This document shows positions 26,119 to 39,000 of a DNA stretch of 64,000 nucleotides, in pieces; the first letter of the stretch is position 1, and every line of letters begins with the position of its first letter. Made by a program: the position numbers and the translations under genes. This DNA comes from Macrostomum lignano. Lineage: Eukaryota. Where the stretch lies: positions 2,591-66,590 of the forward strand of contig NIVC01003981.1 of NCBI GenBank assembly GCA_002269645.1. The letters run 5' to 3'. The notes under the pieces are model-generated. The model did not search any database, was not told where the DNA came from, and saw only the letters and a program-made list of their open reading frames with translations.

Positions 26119-27764
26119 GATGTCTTGATGTCCATGATGTCTTGTTGAATTATGATGGCAGTGCTGTGTCTAAAATCTCGCAGTTTGGTTCAAATATGGC
26201 TATGGTAGGCTTCAAAGTCTATATAAGCCTATTATTACAATCTTACTCGATGTATGTCACCATGTGATCGGGTTGGTTGGTTGGCGATAAGAGTCACCGT
26301 GGACAAATTCGACGACAATCTAGTCAAAATTAACGAAAAAAAGGGAAAAAAAATATTATTATTATTAATTTTTCCAGTACAATGGTATTAGTCAATGTAC
26401 ATTACAGTTTACTTTTTTATTAAGTTTGTTTTCTCTATTGTTTGTCCTCAAAAATTTTAAAATGAGCTTTCCAAGAAACGTTTCGCTTCTCTTCGTTCAA
26501 AAATACCTGTGCGTTACGCGTATATCTGTATATCATTATTTTTCTAATCGCAAACACTTAATGCCTATCTAAAACTTTGTTTTAAGCGCTCTATTTTTGG
26601 TTATTTACTTCTTCTCTATAAAAATATCACTCATCTTTATTACCTTATAATTGCCTGCAATCCTTACATTTGATATTTTTTTAATTGTCTGAATAATACC
26701 TATATACTTATTTTTGTTACCTACGGGATCAATTGAATTGCTATACATCGAGTTCATACAATACTTGTTTTTTAATTCCTTACTTAAATACTTTTTGCTT
26801 CGTTAGTCATTAAAGATTGTTTGAAGTTTCGTAGAAAAAAATTGGTAATGGCTAGAGTTCCGGCACCGGAACCCATTTTCTAACAGCTAGGGATCCGGCA
26901 GTGCCGTATAGAAGCATATAAAGCACCCGACGACAACCGGCTAGCCGGGCCAAAAGCTTACAAAATCATCGGGCTAACCGGCAGGAAAGCGCGCTCTCGA
27001 GCTCTCGCTTCTTCCGGCTAGACGGGCCCAAAGCGCGCTCCCATACAATCAAATGGGAGTGTATCAATTGAAAGCTTTTAACGGGTGTTTAATAACAATT
27101 TGCAGTAGAAAAATCGACGTTTGTTAATATTAATTCGCTTGCATGTAATTTGAAAACAAACTTTACAGGAATGAGCTATGGTTCCTATGTTCAACGTTCA
27201 ACAAAAGCTTTTAAGGCATATTTGTTGTGCTACTGTGCATTGCTGTGCTGGCCTATGCACTAGACTAAACAAGTGAAGGCTTCGTGTACAAGATAAATGA
27301 AAGGAGCTTTTCTTAAATTTCTTGTGCATTATTATGTGATTGCTTAAGTAATTTTGTTCTATAGTTTAAAGCCTGTCACATGTCAGTTAATTAATAATAC
27401 GCAGGCATTTGAAATATATATGTAGGTCTAATATTTTGAGAAGTAACTTATAAGCTGCTTTTATTCAATTATAAAAAAGCTTGAATTTAATTAAATTCTA
27501 TTTGTTTAGCTATAGCCCTATGTATTAGGACTATGTATGTAGGAAAGCCTATTGAGCACTAAGCCTAGGCCTAGCTTATTGACTTGGTCTTAATGAATAG
27601 ATTTAGCTAACTTACTAGATAAGAGCCTTAAAATTTTTGTTTTTTCTATCTATCTACTTTATGTATACCAATAGGCCTAGACTAAATAACAAACTATAAA
27701 ACTAAGCCTACAATATTTTATATCAAATACCTGATGTTTGACTTATTTTCCTTTCCTTAGATCC

Positions 27765-30060
27765 CCTCTCCCCTAACCTTGGATTTCCTCCCTCTAACCC
27801 TAGCTTCTCTCCCCCTGACCCCTGGCTTCTCTCCATCCTAATCCTTGGCTTCACTCTTAACCCTTGGCTTCCCTCCCTTGACCTTGGCTTCCCTCCCCCT
27901 GACCCTGGCTTCTCTCCTTACTGACCCCTGGCTTCTCTCCTCCCTGACCCTGGCTTCCCTCTTCTGACCCTGGCTTCTCTTCCCTTGACCCTGGCTTCTC
28001 TCCTCCACTGACCCTGGCTTCTCTCCTCCCCTGACCCAGGCTTCTCTCCTCTCCTGACCCTGGCTTCCTTCCCCTAACCCTGGCTTCTCTCCCCTTGACC
28101 CCTGGCTTCCCTCCATCCTAATCCTTGGCTTCACTCCTAACCCTTGGCTTCCCTCCCTTGACCTTGGCTTCCCTCCCCCTGACCCTGGCTTCTCTCCTTA
28201 CTGACCCCTGGCTTCTCTCCTCCCTGACCCTGGCTTTGCCCCCCTGACCCTGGCTTTTCTTCCCTTGACCCTAGCTTCTCTCCTCCCCTGACCCTGGCTT
28301 CTCTCCTCCCCTGACCTGGCTTCTCTCCTCCCCTGACCCTGGCTTCCTTCCTAACCCTGGCTTCTCTCCCCTTGACCCTGGCTTCTCTCCCCTTGACCCT
28401 GGCTTCTGTCCCCCTGATCCTGGCTTCCCTCCCTTGACCCTGGCTTCTCTCCTCCCCTGACCCTGGCTTTTCTCCTTACTGACCCCTGGCTTCTCTCCCG
28501 CTGACCCTGGCTTCCCTGCCCTGACCCTGGCTTCCTTCCCCTGACCATGGCTTCTCTCCCCCTGACCCTGGCTTCCCTCCCCTGACCCTGGCTTCCCTCC
28601 CCTGACCCTGGCTTCCCTCCCCTGACCGTGGCTTCTCTCCCCCTAACCCTGGCTTCCTTCCCCTGACCCTGGCTTCTCTCCCCCTGACCCTGGCTTCTCT
28701 CTCCCTTACCCTGGCTTCCCTCCCCTGACCCTGGCTTCTCTCCCGCTGGCCTTGGCTTCCCTCACTTGATCCTGGCTTCCCTCCCCTGACCCTGGCTTCT
28801 CTCCCGCTGGCCTTGGCTTCCCTCACTTGACCCTGGCTTCTCTCCCCTGACCCTCGCTTCCTTCCCCTGACCCTGGCTTCTCTCCCCTGGACCCTGGCTT
28901 CTCTCCACTTGGCCCTGGCTTCTCTCCTCTTGACCCTGGCTTCCCTCCCCTGACCCTGGCTTCTCTCCCCTGGCCCTGGCTTTTCTCCTTACTGACCCCT
29001 GGCTTCCCTCCCTCCTGACCCTGGCTTCCCTCCCCTGACCCTGGCTTCTCTCCCCTGACCCTGGCTTCTCTCTGCCTGGCCCTGGCTTTTCGCCTTACTG
29101 ACCCCTGGCTTCTCTCCCCTGACCCTCGCTTCCTTCCCCTGACCCTGGCTTCCTTCCCCTGACCCTGGCTTCCTTCCATCCTAATCCTTGGCTTCACTCT
29201 TAACCCTTGGCTTCCCTCCCTTGACCTTGGCTTCCCTGACCCTGGCTTCTCTCCTTACTGACCCTGGCTTCTCTCCTTACTGACCCTGGCTTCTCTCCTC
29301 CTGACCCTGGCTTCTCTCCTCCCTGACCCTGGCTTCTCTCTCTCCCTGACCCTGGCTTCTCTCCCCCTGACCCTGGCTTCTCTCCCTGACCCTGGCTTCT
29401 CTCCTCCCCTGACCCTGGCTTCTCTCCTCCCCTGACCCTGGCTTCTCTCCTCCCCTGACCCTGGCTTCTCTTCCCCTACCCTGGCTTCCTCCCTTGACCC
29501 TGGCTTCTCTCCCTGACCTGGCTTCCCTCTTGACCCTGGCTTCTCTCCCCTGCCTTGGCTTCCCTCACTTGACCCTGGCTTCTCTCCCCTGACCCTCGCT
29601 TCCTTCCCCTGACCCTGGCTTCCTTCCCCTGACCCTGGCTTCTCTCCCCTGGACCCTGGCTTCTCTCCACTTGGCCCTGGCTTCTCTCCTCCTGACCCTG
29701 GCTTCCCTCCCCTGACCCTGGCTTCTCTCCCCTGGCCCTGGCTTTTCTCCTTACTGACCCCTGGCTTCCCTCCCTCCTGACCCTGGCTTCTCTCCCCCTG
29801 ACCTTGGCTTCCCTCCCTTGACCCTGGCTTCTCTCCACTTGGCCCTGGCTTCTGTCCCCCTGACCCTGGCTTCCCTCCCCTGATCCTGGCTTCCCTCCCT
29901 GACCCTGGCTTCCCTCCCTTGACCCTAGCTTCTCTCCTCCCCTTGACTCTGGCTTCTCTCCCCTGACCCTGGCTTCCCTCCCCTGACCCTGGCTTCCCTC
30001 CCTCCTGACCCCTGGATTCCCTCCCTCCTGACCCCTGTTTCCTTCCCTCTTGACCCATGG
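27765..30060. repeat. ~20-bp C-rich minisatellite (CCCTGACCCTGGCTTCTCTC) in the left arm of the giant element
   Basis: Direct inspection; reverse complement of 36030-39660. Confidence 0.96.
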
Positions 30061-32689
30061 CTCCCTATCTCCTGACCCCTCTTGACCCGTAACTTCTGCC
30101 CTGCTCTGCCCTCTTCCTCTGACGTCTGCTGTCTGCTTTACCTTGCTCCTTTGCCCCCTGCTTTTCTGTCCTCTGGTTTTCTGCCCCCTGCTCTGCCCCC
30201 GCTGCTTTGCTCCCTGCTGTCTGCTTTACCCTGCTTCTCCGCCCTCTGCTAAAGTAGTCTCGTGTTAGTACCAAGCAGCACAGCTTATTGAAAGCACATT
30301 CTTCCTTCAGAAAAAGCTACCGGTGAAGCCCAGCTGCTGTACCATTGGCACCTTTGCTTTTGCCTCTGGTGCGATTGGCCTAGCAACAAACAAGCAGCTG
30401 TTTGTTCACAAGCAGCTGTTCACCCGCAAAAGCTATCCAAGCGCGAGCTTTCTAACTATTTGTACACACTGAGCTGAAATTAGTTTGTATGTGCCGCCAC
30501 TATGAGTTCTGATACGCTGACATCTGGTGCAACCGTTACGGCTGGGTCTGCCGCTGGTTCCACTTAAGCAGCTGCCTCAAACATCGCTGCTGCAGCCGAA
30601 ACTGAAGCTGGCTCCGCCAAAGCTATTTTTTAATTCTTTAATACATGTCGACAATCCCTTTAACATTGAGATCACCGAATTCTGTTAATACATGTTCAGA
30701 TCTTGTAAAGCTCAACAAAAGCACCCATTTGTCATCGCCCTTTTCCAATATTGCTACTCGCATTACTCCCTGTGCAAATGGAGCCACACTCGACGTTTTT
30801 GGTGTCGTTTTTTTAGGTTGTTTATGGGTGGATTTTCCATTTGTAAAAGCATTTTTCGAATCAATGCAGTTTGTAACATCGGAGCTTCATATATTTTTGC
30901 TGTGATTTCTGGGAGACATTTTTTCGAGACGATACTGCTCTGTGACAGGGTATGGTGTTCAACGTGTGCCATTTTAATTCAATCCTTGATCACAAAGCTC
31001 GGAGCAAGTGCCACTAGACTTCAGTGTCAGGCTTTCAGTTTAAGCAAATAATCCAAAATAATTTCGACTGTACCATTGTGGACCAACAATGACCAACCCC
31101 TTATACTGTCAAAATCCTGTTGTTTTTACAGGTTCTTATATTTCTACAAGGAACTGACAGGTGTTTTTTGTTGTTACCGCCAGTTAATTTTTTAAACATT
31201 ACTGCTCTTCATGAAGACGCGTGCAAAAAATACAGATATAAACTTTCATGTTACATACAGTTATGACCAGGAGCTTTCCGATTTTAGTTGGTCATATAAT
31301 TTTGTCGAAAACTTGGTTTTGTGTTTCTGGAGTATTTCTTAAATAGCATGCGCTCCGCAAAATTTTGTTGATTTAGCTTTACACTCCAGAAGTAAAATTT
31401 TCTCAGTGAACTCACATTTTATTTCGCTCTTAGTGGTGCAGCTTAAGCATGTTTCGAATGCTCCCAGCAAGCTGCCGAGAGTTCCTACACTGGCAAGAAA
31501 GGACGCTGCCTTGGTGTAGGGCGCTGAAGTGAACAAAAGTGCGCTCGATCGTCAGCGGTGCACATTTGCTGCATGGGCATTCAGTTTTGTGCTGAGCGGT
31601 GACGTACGCTTTTTTGAGGGGTCTGCAGTCCAGGCGGCGTCATGAAGGAGGGAGTGGGTGCTCCTGCTTCTGAGAAGCCCTCAGAGTACTCTGGAGTGAG
31701 ATTTCTGCTTCTCACATTCGATGTAGTTGAATATTTCCCGCATGCTAGAATATGCACTGTGCCCTTTGACAACCATTGTTATATAAGGTCTTGGTTGCAA
31801 GCTTGGTGCTCCTGAATATAGACCATGAAATGTCTGTTAATGGTGTCTTGGTAAAAGTGCTCAAGAGAGAAATCTTCATGCGATTCTGATGAGCGCTCAC
31901 CCTGGTGGGCCATGGGTATTCCGGCTATAGTGGTTGCATGGAGCAAACCTGAGGCAGGGGTCTAGCAAGGAAGACTCACTTATTGTGTATTAAAAATTTA
32001 CGCATATTCATACATGTAGGGTCGAATTGGGCTTCAGCAACGCAGGGGAAGCGGCAAAATAAGGGCGGGGGCTCGCAGCAGTCTACTGATTCAGTCGGAC
32101 TGCTAGTCTGGGGAGCTGTCAAAACAGCCGATGCGCGGTGCACCAGCTGCCGATGCTGCTTCAGTCGCCTACCAACCTGTTCGCGCTGCCAGGAGCGAAC
32201 TACAAATTAAGTTTTTCTGCTCGATCCAAGTCATGTGACGAAACCCGGGGGCTGCCTGAGAATATCTGTGTAAACCTCTGGGCTCTAGCGCTGAAAATTA
32301 CCAGCCGCCGTGCATGCCTCACATGGACTTTTCCACCTCTGAATGCTGTTTTGTAGCTGACGTTGCGGTCAAGTTTCAATTATCTCGACAGCGCGGGCCC
32401 GGGTTGTTTGTTTGCCGAAGGGCGTGGCCGCCTCTGCAGTCACCTGTGCAGGAGTACACCCGAAAAACTCGACACTACTAGAAATGGCACGTAAATGTAC
32501 ATGTAACACTCTAATGGACTCTATGCGAGGAGGCATACAAGGGACGGTTTACTTGTAATCAGTGCTGGAAATGAGGAATGTAAAGACTTTTGCATAAGGG
32601 GGATCTTTAGTTGGTGGGCGACTCTATAGGAAATGAAGGGGTTCCCGGCGGGGACCGGTGGTTCGGCTTCGCGGGAAAACAAACAATAA

Positions 32690-32980
32690 TAAAACAAATT
32701 TGTATCACCGCGCCGGCCTGGTGCGTCCAAGCGACCTGTTGCGCCGTCAGCGACTCCAGCTGGCAGGCCACATCATCCGCGCCGAATCGTACTGGCCAAA
32801 GCCGGTGCAGGAGGTGCTGCTGCTGACGCTGCAGGCACCGGCCCTACCGGCGGGGACAGGCGCGCACTCGGCGTTTCGACTCGACTAGCTGCCTGCTGGC
32901 TGATGCTGGCGCCCCGGAGCCGGCGGCGTGGCGTTCATTCACGACCTGTGACGCTGACTGCGTATTCTGTTGTTGTTGTT
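32690..32980 (+). mobile_element. 5'-truncated LINE 3' end with (TTG)n tail
   Basis: LYHRAGLVRPSDLLRRQRLQLAGHIIRAESY.PKPVQEVLLLTLQAP resembles the post-RT C-terminus of LINE ORF2 (R.RRL..AGH..R), followed by TGTTGTTGTTGTT at 32968-32980. Confidence 0.7.
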
Positions 32981-34246
32981 CTGGTACGTGGCGGCTATGC
33001 CTTTTGGCGTGTACCTATAAAAAACCCGGATCAGCCGCTAGTTTTGTTCAGGGGAGCTTGACCACTAATCAAGCATACACTATCAACTAAATTGATAGAG
33101 AGTGTTCAACTAAATTACAGCAGGATGCATACTATAGAGAGCGAGTTCTAGGGAGTCTTCACTGGAATCAATGTGTAATCGCTTGTACTTCTTCGTACGT
33201 ACGTATGGTCAAGTCACTTGGCTATTATTCTGTTACATGTAATTTCTAGCTCATGTAACTGTATATATGATGTATGGGATGTACGTATATGATACATGTG
33301 TAGATCACAGTTTGTGAGTTCCACAAGTCATAAATAATGTTACCAATATGGCATGATAAACATGGCCATGTACATGTATGCGCCTTATTGTAGGTAGAAA
33401 CTGTGTTCAGGTATATTCTATTGTATGTCAATACATTTTGCACTTACATGTATAGTCGTAGAGTTCACGTCCTGGAAAGCAATTACTCGTAGCACATGTG
33501 CATGAAGCTGTGTGATTCTTATTTTAAAGAAGATTCTTGACCAAATTTCTTAACAGTCTAGAGGTGCACGCACTAAATTCAGGGAACGGCAGGAGTCGCA
33601 TGCGGACGGCCGTTCTGTCTTCCGTACATGTACTTCTACATGTACGTATTAATATAAGAAATTCCATTGAAGCCATTCAGAATCGCTTCCGTATTTATTG
33701 GTGCTCTCCCAAGTGCTAATGACCCCTCCTCGCTACGCCCCAACATTGGCACCTACACAGAACACACTAACACCTAACCTCATCTTTTAATGAGTTGCAT
33801 AGCGCTATGCGTGATGAAGTACTGTACGAGTAACGCAAGTTACTATCGATAATAATATCAAAATTCTATCCCTTTTCTAACAGCCCGAAATACATGAACT
33901 CGATCCTATATAGTTACAGTGTATAGTGCATGTATATCGATTTATACCACTTTCTAGAATGTATCCTATTGTACACCACACCACTTCACTCAACACCCAC
34001 CACACCACCTTACTCAATGCAGGTACATTATATCGCAGAAGTCACATAAACGCTGGAAGAAATATTTATTAAACTGTTAGAAATCGACAGTAACTCGTAC
34101 ATGTACAAGGGTACATACGTAATTGTATGTGGCGCTTTCATCAATAAGGCTTTTTAGCATGTCCAAGTTTTTTAAACAAACGAACTAAAACAAGTTTATT
34201 AGAGCATACTTAAGGTCTTAAAAATAGGTTACACAGCTATATTCCC

Positions 34247-34674
34247 CTAGTACAGGAAGTTCCCAAAGCACTTCTCTGGCTAGAGTTGGCGCCAGAGGAA
34301 CTCGCTAAGATGGGACTCAAAAAAGGTCGTCACTAGTGCCATGCTGGCTGCAAAACTTCGCCTTCACGAGTGCCCAGGTGCCTTCGATGTTGTTTGTGGG
34401 CACAGTTGGATCGTTCGGATCAACGAAATGCAGACGGTGATTGACAAACACCTGGGGAAGCGCACTATATACCTGCCAGCCGTCAGTTAAAATGCGTGTC
34501 CCAGGCAACACACTGCTGAATAATCTGACTCAGCAGACCGGTTGGGTACTTGTACCATCATGCATTTGCGTGTACCTTGCTTGACCATCCCAAGCACCCA
34601 GTGGCCCTCGCGGTAAGCTCCCTGATAATATTTGCGATGAAAAAATTGAACTCATCCACTTCAACTTCTCTTCC
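34247..34674 (-). pseudogene. Merlin / IS1016 (IS1595 family, ISXO2-like) DDE transposase catalytic core, frameshifted
   Basis: Stitching three frameshifts gives GREVEVDE.N-FFHRKYYQGAYREGHWVLGMVKQGTRKCMMVQVPNRSAE..IIQQCVLPGTRILTDGWQVYSAL..VNHRLHFVDPNDPTVPTNNIEGTWALVKAKF...GTSDDLFESHLSEFLWRQL*. It contains the D(VDE)-D(TDGW)-E(NIEG) triad and the EF.WR motif. Confidence 0.88.
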
Positions 34675-35044
34675 TTTTATTGGCTTTTTTATTGCAAACA
34701 AAAAAGAACAATTATTTCTCAGTTTTCGTACAACATATCCTTTATTTTTCTCTCGCTCATCGCACATTCCATTGTCAGCTACTAGTATTTTCTCTTTGTC
34801 GTTTGTCAAAAAATGGCACAATTCAGGTACACTAAATGGCACACTATAATAAAAAACGAGAAAATAACACGGACAATTCGATTTAACAATTCCACAAGAC
34901 TTAGCAACAGCCGCAAAAACGAACGTACCACGACGTGAACACCTACAAGTCAACTTATGATTTTTTGACCAAAATATAAAATATGCAGAAGGTACAAGTG
35001 GTCAGTTCAGCCACACTGTCAGAGCGCGACGACAGTCCTTTGGT

Positions 35045-35445
35045 CAAACCTCTCAGCTCTCAACTTCCGCCACCTTCCCGCTCTCAGCTCCCGCCACCTT
35101 CCCGCTCTCAGCTCCCGCCACCTTCCTGCTCTCAGCTCCCGCCACCTTCCCGCTCTCAGCTCCCGCCACCTTCCCGCTCTCAGCTCCCGCCACCTTCCCG
35201 CTCTGAGCTCCCGCCACCTTCCCGCTCTCAGCTCCCGCCACCTTCCCGCTCTCAGCTCCCGCCACCTTCCCGCTCTCAGCTCCCGCCACCTTCCCGCTCT
35301 CAGCTCCCGCCACCTTCCCGCTCTCAGCTCCCGCCACCTTCCCGCTCTCAGCTCCCGCCACCTTCCCGCTCTCAGCTCCCGCCACCTTACCGCTCTCAGC
35401 TCCCGCCACCTTCCCGCTCTCAGCTCCCGCCACCTTACCGCTCTC
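35045..35445. repeat. 24-bp minisatellite (CAGCTCCCGCCACCTTCCCGCTCT), ~16 copies
   Basis: Produces the SQLPPPSR repeat ORF; lies just 5' of the Merlin transposase remnant. Confidence 0.96.
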
Positions 35446-36029
35446 CTCGCCTCTGCCAAAATTAGATATGGCTTGTCAATGCATGGCTTTTGTGTTATGG
35501 CTATTGGTGACTTGTGAAACCTCACTAACGGTGATCGGAAGTACTAATGCATGTATATGTGCATGCATAGAGTACATGAGCAAGAAACTAACAAGTTATG
35601 GATAAAAGTAGAGCAAGGGTAAAAGGTACGGATAAACAAAGTTAAAAAAATTGACTATAAATAAAGCTAACATGAACTGTCAATGATACGAATTTCCATT
35701 TGCTGACAGCTCAAGACAAAATGCTTTCAACGACCGTTCCATTCTGAGCTAACTTTGATACGATCACCGCATTGCTGAAGGTTATAGTACGCTTTGCACC
35801 GACTGTAGCGTTCGAGGCGGCTGTTCGAGCAGAACCAGCGGCAGTCCCGGCCGCAGCAGCGTTGTTCGAGACGGTGACCAAAGCAAAGGTGCCAATGGTA
35901 CAGCAGCTGGGCTTCACCGGTAGCTTTTTCTGAAGGAAGAATGTGCTTTCAATAAGCTGTGCTGCTTGGTACTAATACGAGACTACTTTAGCAGAGGGCG
36001 GAGAAGCAGGGTAGAGCAGATAGCAGAGG

Positions 36030-39000
36030 GCAGGGTCAGGGGAAGGAAGCGAGGGTCAGGGGAGAGAAGCCAGGGTCAGGGGGGAGAGAAGCCAGGGTCA
36101 GGGGAAGGAAGCCAGGGTCAGGGGGAGAGAAGCCAGGGGTCAGGGGAGGGAAGCCAGGGTCAGGGGAGGGAAGCCAGGGTCAGGGGAGGGAAGCCAGGGT
36201 CAGGGGAGGGAAGCCAGGGTCAGGGGGAGAGAAGCCAGGGTCAGGGGGAGAGAAGCCAGGGGTCAGGGGAGGGAAGCCAGGGTCAGGGGAGGGAAGCCAG
36301 GGTCAGGGGGAGAGAAGCCAAGGTCAGGGGGAGAGAAGCCAGGGTCAGGGGAGGGAAGCCAGGGTCATTGAGAGAGAAGCCAGGGTCATTGAGAGAGAAG
36401 CCAGGGTCATTGAGAGAGAAGCCAGGGGTCAGTAAGGCGAAAAGCCAGGGCCAGGCAGAGAGAAGCCAGGGTCAGGGGAGAGAAGCCAGGGTCAGGGGAG
36501 GGAAGCCAGGGTCAGGGAGAAGAGAAGCCAGGGGTCAGTAAGGAGAAAAGCCAGGGCCAGGGGAGAGAAGCCAGGGTCAGGGGGGAGAGAAGCCAGGGTC
36601 AGGGGAAGGAAGCCAGGGTCAGGGGGAGAGAAGCCAGGGGTCAGGGGAGGGAAGCCAGGGTCAGGGGAGGGAAGCCAGGGTCAGGGGAGGGAAGCCAGGG
36701 TCAGGGGGAGAGAAGCCAAGGTCAGGGGGAGAGAAGCCAGGGTCAGGGGAGGGAAGCCAGGGTCATTGAGAGAGAAGCCAGGGTCATTGAGAGAGAAGCC
36801 AGGGGTCAGTAAGGCGAAAAGCCAGGGCCAGGCAGAGAGAAGCCAGGGCCAGGGGAGAGAAGCCAGGGTCAGGGGAGGGAAGCCAGGGTCAGGGAGAAGA
36901 GAAGCCAGGGGTCAGTAAGGAGAAAGCCAGGGCCAGGGGAGAGAAGCCAGGGTCAGGGGGGAGAGAAGCCAGGGTCAGGGGAAGGAAGCCAGGGTCAGGG
37001 GAAGGAAGCGACGGTCAGGGGAGAGAAGCCAGGGTCAAGTGAGGGAAGCCAAGGCCAGCGGGAGAGAAGCCAGGGTCAAGGGAGGGAAGCCAAGGTCAGG
37101 GGGAGAGAAGCCAGGGTCAGGGGAGGGAAGCCAGGGTCATTGAGAGAGAAGCCAGGGTCATTGAGAGAGAAGCCAGGGGTCAGTAAGGCGAAAAGCCAGG
37201 GCCAGGCAGAGAGAAGCCAGGGTCAGGGGAGAGAAGCCAGGGTCAGGGGAGGGAAGCCAGGGTCAGGGAGAAGAGAAGCCAGGGGTCAGTAAGGAGAAAG
37301 CCAGGGCCAGGGGAGAGAAGCCAGGGTCAGGGGAGGGAAGCCAGGGTCAGGAGGGAGGGAAGCCAGGGGTCAGTAAGGAGAAAAGCCAGGGCCAGGGGAG
37401 AGAAGCCAGGGTCCAGGGGAGAGAAGCCAGGGTCAGGGGAAGGAAGCCAGGGTCAGGGGAAGGAAGCGAGGGTCAGGGGAGAGAAGCCAGGGTCAAGTGA
37501 GGGAAGCCAAGGCCAGCGGGAGAGAAGCCAGGGTCAAGGGAGGGAAGCCAAGGTCAGGGGGAGAGAAGCCAGGGTCAGGGGAGGGAAGCCAGGGTCATTG
37601 AGAGAGAAGCCAGGGTCATTGAGAGAGAAGCCAGGGGTCAGTAAGGCGAAAAGCCAGGGCCAGGCAGAGAGAAGCCAGGGTCAGGGGAGAGAAGCCAGGG
37701 TCAGGGGAGGGAAGCCAGGGTCAGGGAGGAGAGAAGCCAGGGGTCAGTAAGGAGAAAGCCAGGGCCAGGGGAGAGAAGCCAGGGTCAGGGGAGGGAAGCC
37801 AGGGTCAGGAGGGAGGGAAGCCAGGGGTCAGTAAGGAGAAAAGCCAGGGCCAGGGGAGAGAAGCCAGGGTCAGGGGGGAGAGAAGCCAGGGTCAGGGGAG
37901 AGAAGCCAGGGTCAGGGGAAGGAAGCCAGGGTCAGGGGAAGGAAGCGAGGGTCAGGGGAGAGAAGCCAGGGTCAAGTGAGGGAAGCCAAGGCCAGCGGGA
38001 GAGAAGCCAGGGTCAAGGGAGGGAAGCCAGGGTCAAGGGGAGAGAAGCCAGGGTTAGGGGAAGGAAGCCAGGGTCAGGAGAGGAGAGAAGCCTGGGTCAG
38101 GGGAGGAGAGAAGCCAGGGTCAGGGGAGGAGAGAAGCCAGGGTCAAGGGAAGAGAAGCCAGGGTCAGGGGAGGGAAGCCAGGGTCAGGGAGGAGAGAAGC
38201 CAGGGTCAGGAGAGAAGAGAAGCCTGGGTCAGGGGAGGAGAGAAGCCAGGGGTCAGTAAGGAGAGAAGCCAGGGTCAGGGGGAGGGAAGCCAAGGTCAAG
38301 GGAGGGAAGCCAAGGGTTAAGAGTGAAGCCAAGGATTAGGATGGAAGGAAGCCAGGGTCAGGGGAAGGAAGCCAGGGTCAGGGGAAGGAAGCGAGGGTCA
38401 GGGGAGAGAAGCCAGGGGTCAGTAAGGCGAAAAGCCAGGGCCAGGCAGAGAGAAGCCAGGGTCAGGGGAGAGAAGCCAGGGTCAGGGGAGGGAAGCCAAG
38501 GTCAGGGGGAGAGAAGCCAGGGTCAGGGGAGGGAAGCCAGGGTCATTGAGAGAGAAGCCAGGGGTCAGTAAGGCGAAAAGCCAGGGCCAGGCAGAGAGAA
38601 GCCAGGGTCAGGGGAGAGAAGCCAGGGTCAGGGGAGGGAAGCCAGGGTCAGGAGGGAGGGAAGCCAGGGGTCAGTAAGGAGAAAAGCCAGGGCCAGGGGA
38701 GAGAAGCCAGGGTCAGGGGAGGGAAGCCAGGGTCAGGAGGAGAGAAGCCAGGGCCAAGTGGAGAGAAGCCAGGGTCCAGGGGAGAGAAGCCAGGGTCAGG
38801 GGAAGGAAGCGAGGGTCAGGGGAGAGAAGCCAGGGTCAAGTGAGGGAAGCCAAGGCCAGCGGGAGAGAAGCCAGGGTCAGGGGAGGGAAGCCAGGATCAA
38901 GTGAGGGAAGCCAAGGCCAGCGGGAAAGAAGCCAGGGTCAGGGGAGGGAAGCCAGGGTCAGGGAGAGAGAAGCCAGGGTCAGGGGGAGAGAAGCCAGGGT

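Noticed and set aside
27838-30058. Arg/Gly/Glu-rich ORFs (GEKPGSG, REARVRG), mirrored at 35966-39295
   Set aside because: Translations of the arm minisatellite.
30645-30800. Minus-strand APFAQGVMRVA resembling an alpha-kinase motif
   Set aside because: Only a short motif; no further alpha-kinase subdomains and the frame closes soon after.
34983-35525. SQLPPPSR / AGAESGKV repeat proteins
   Set aside because: 24-bp tandem repeat open in several frames on both strands.
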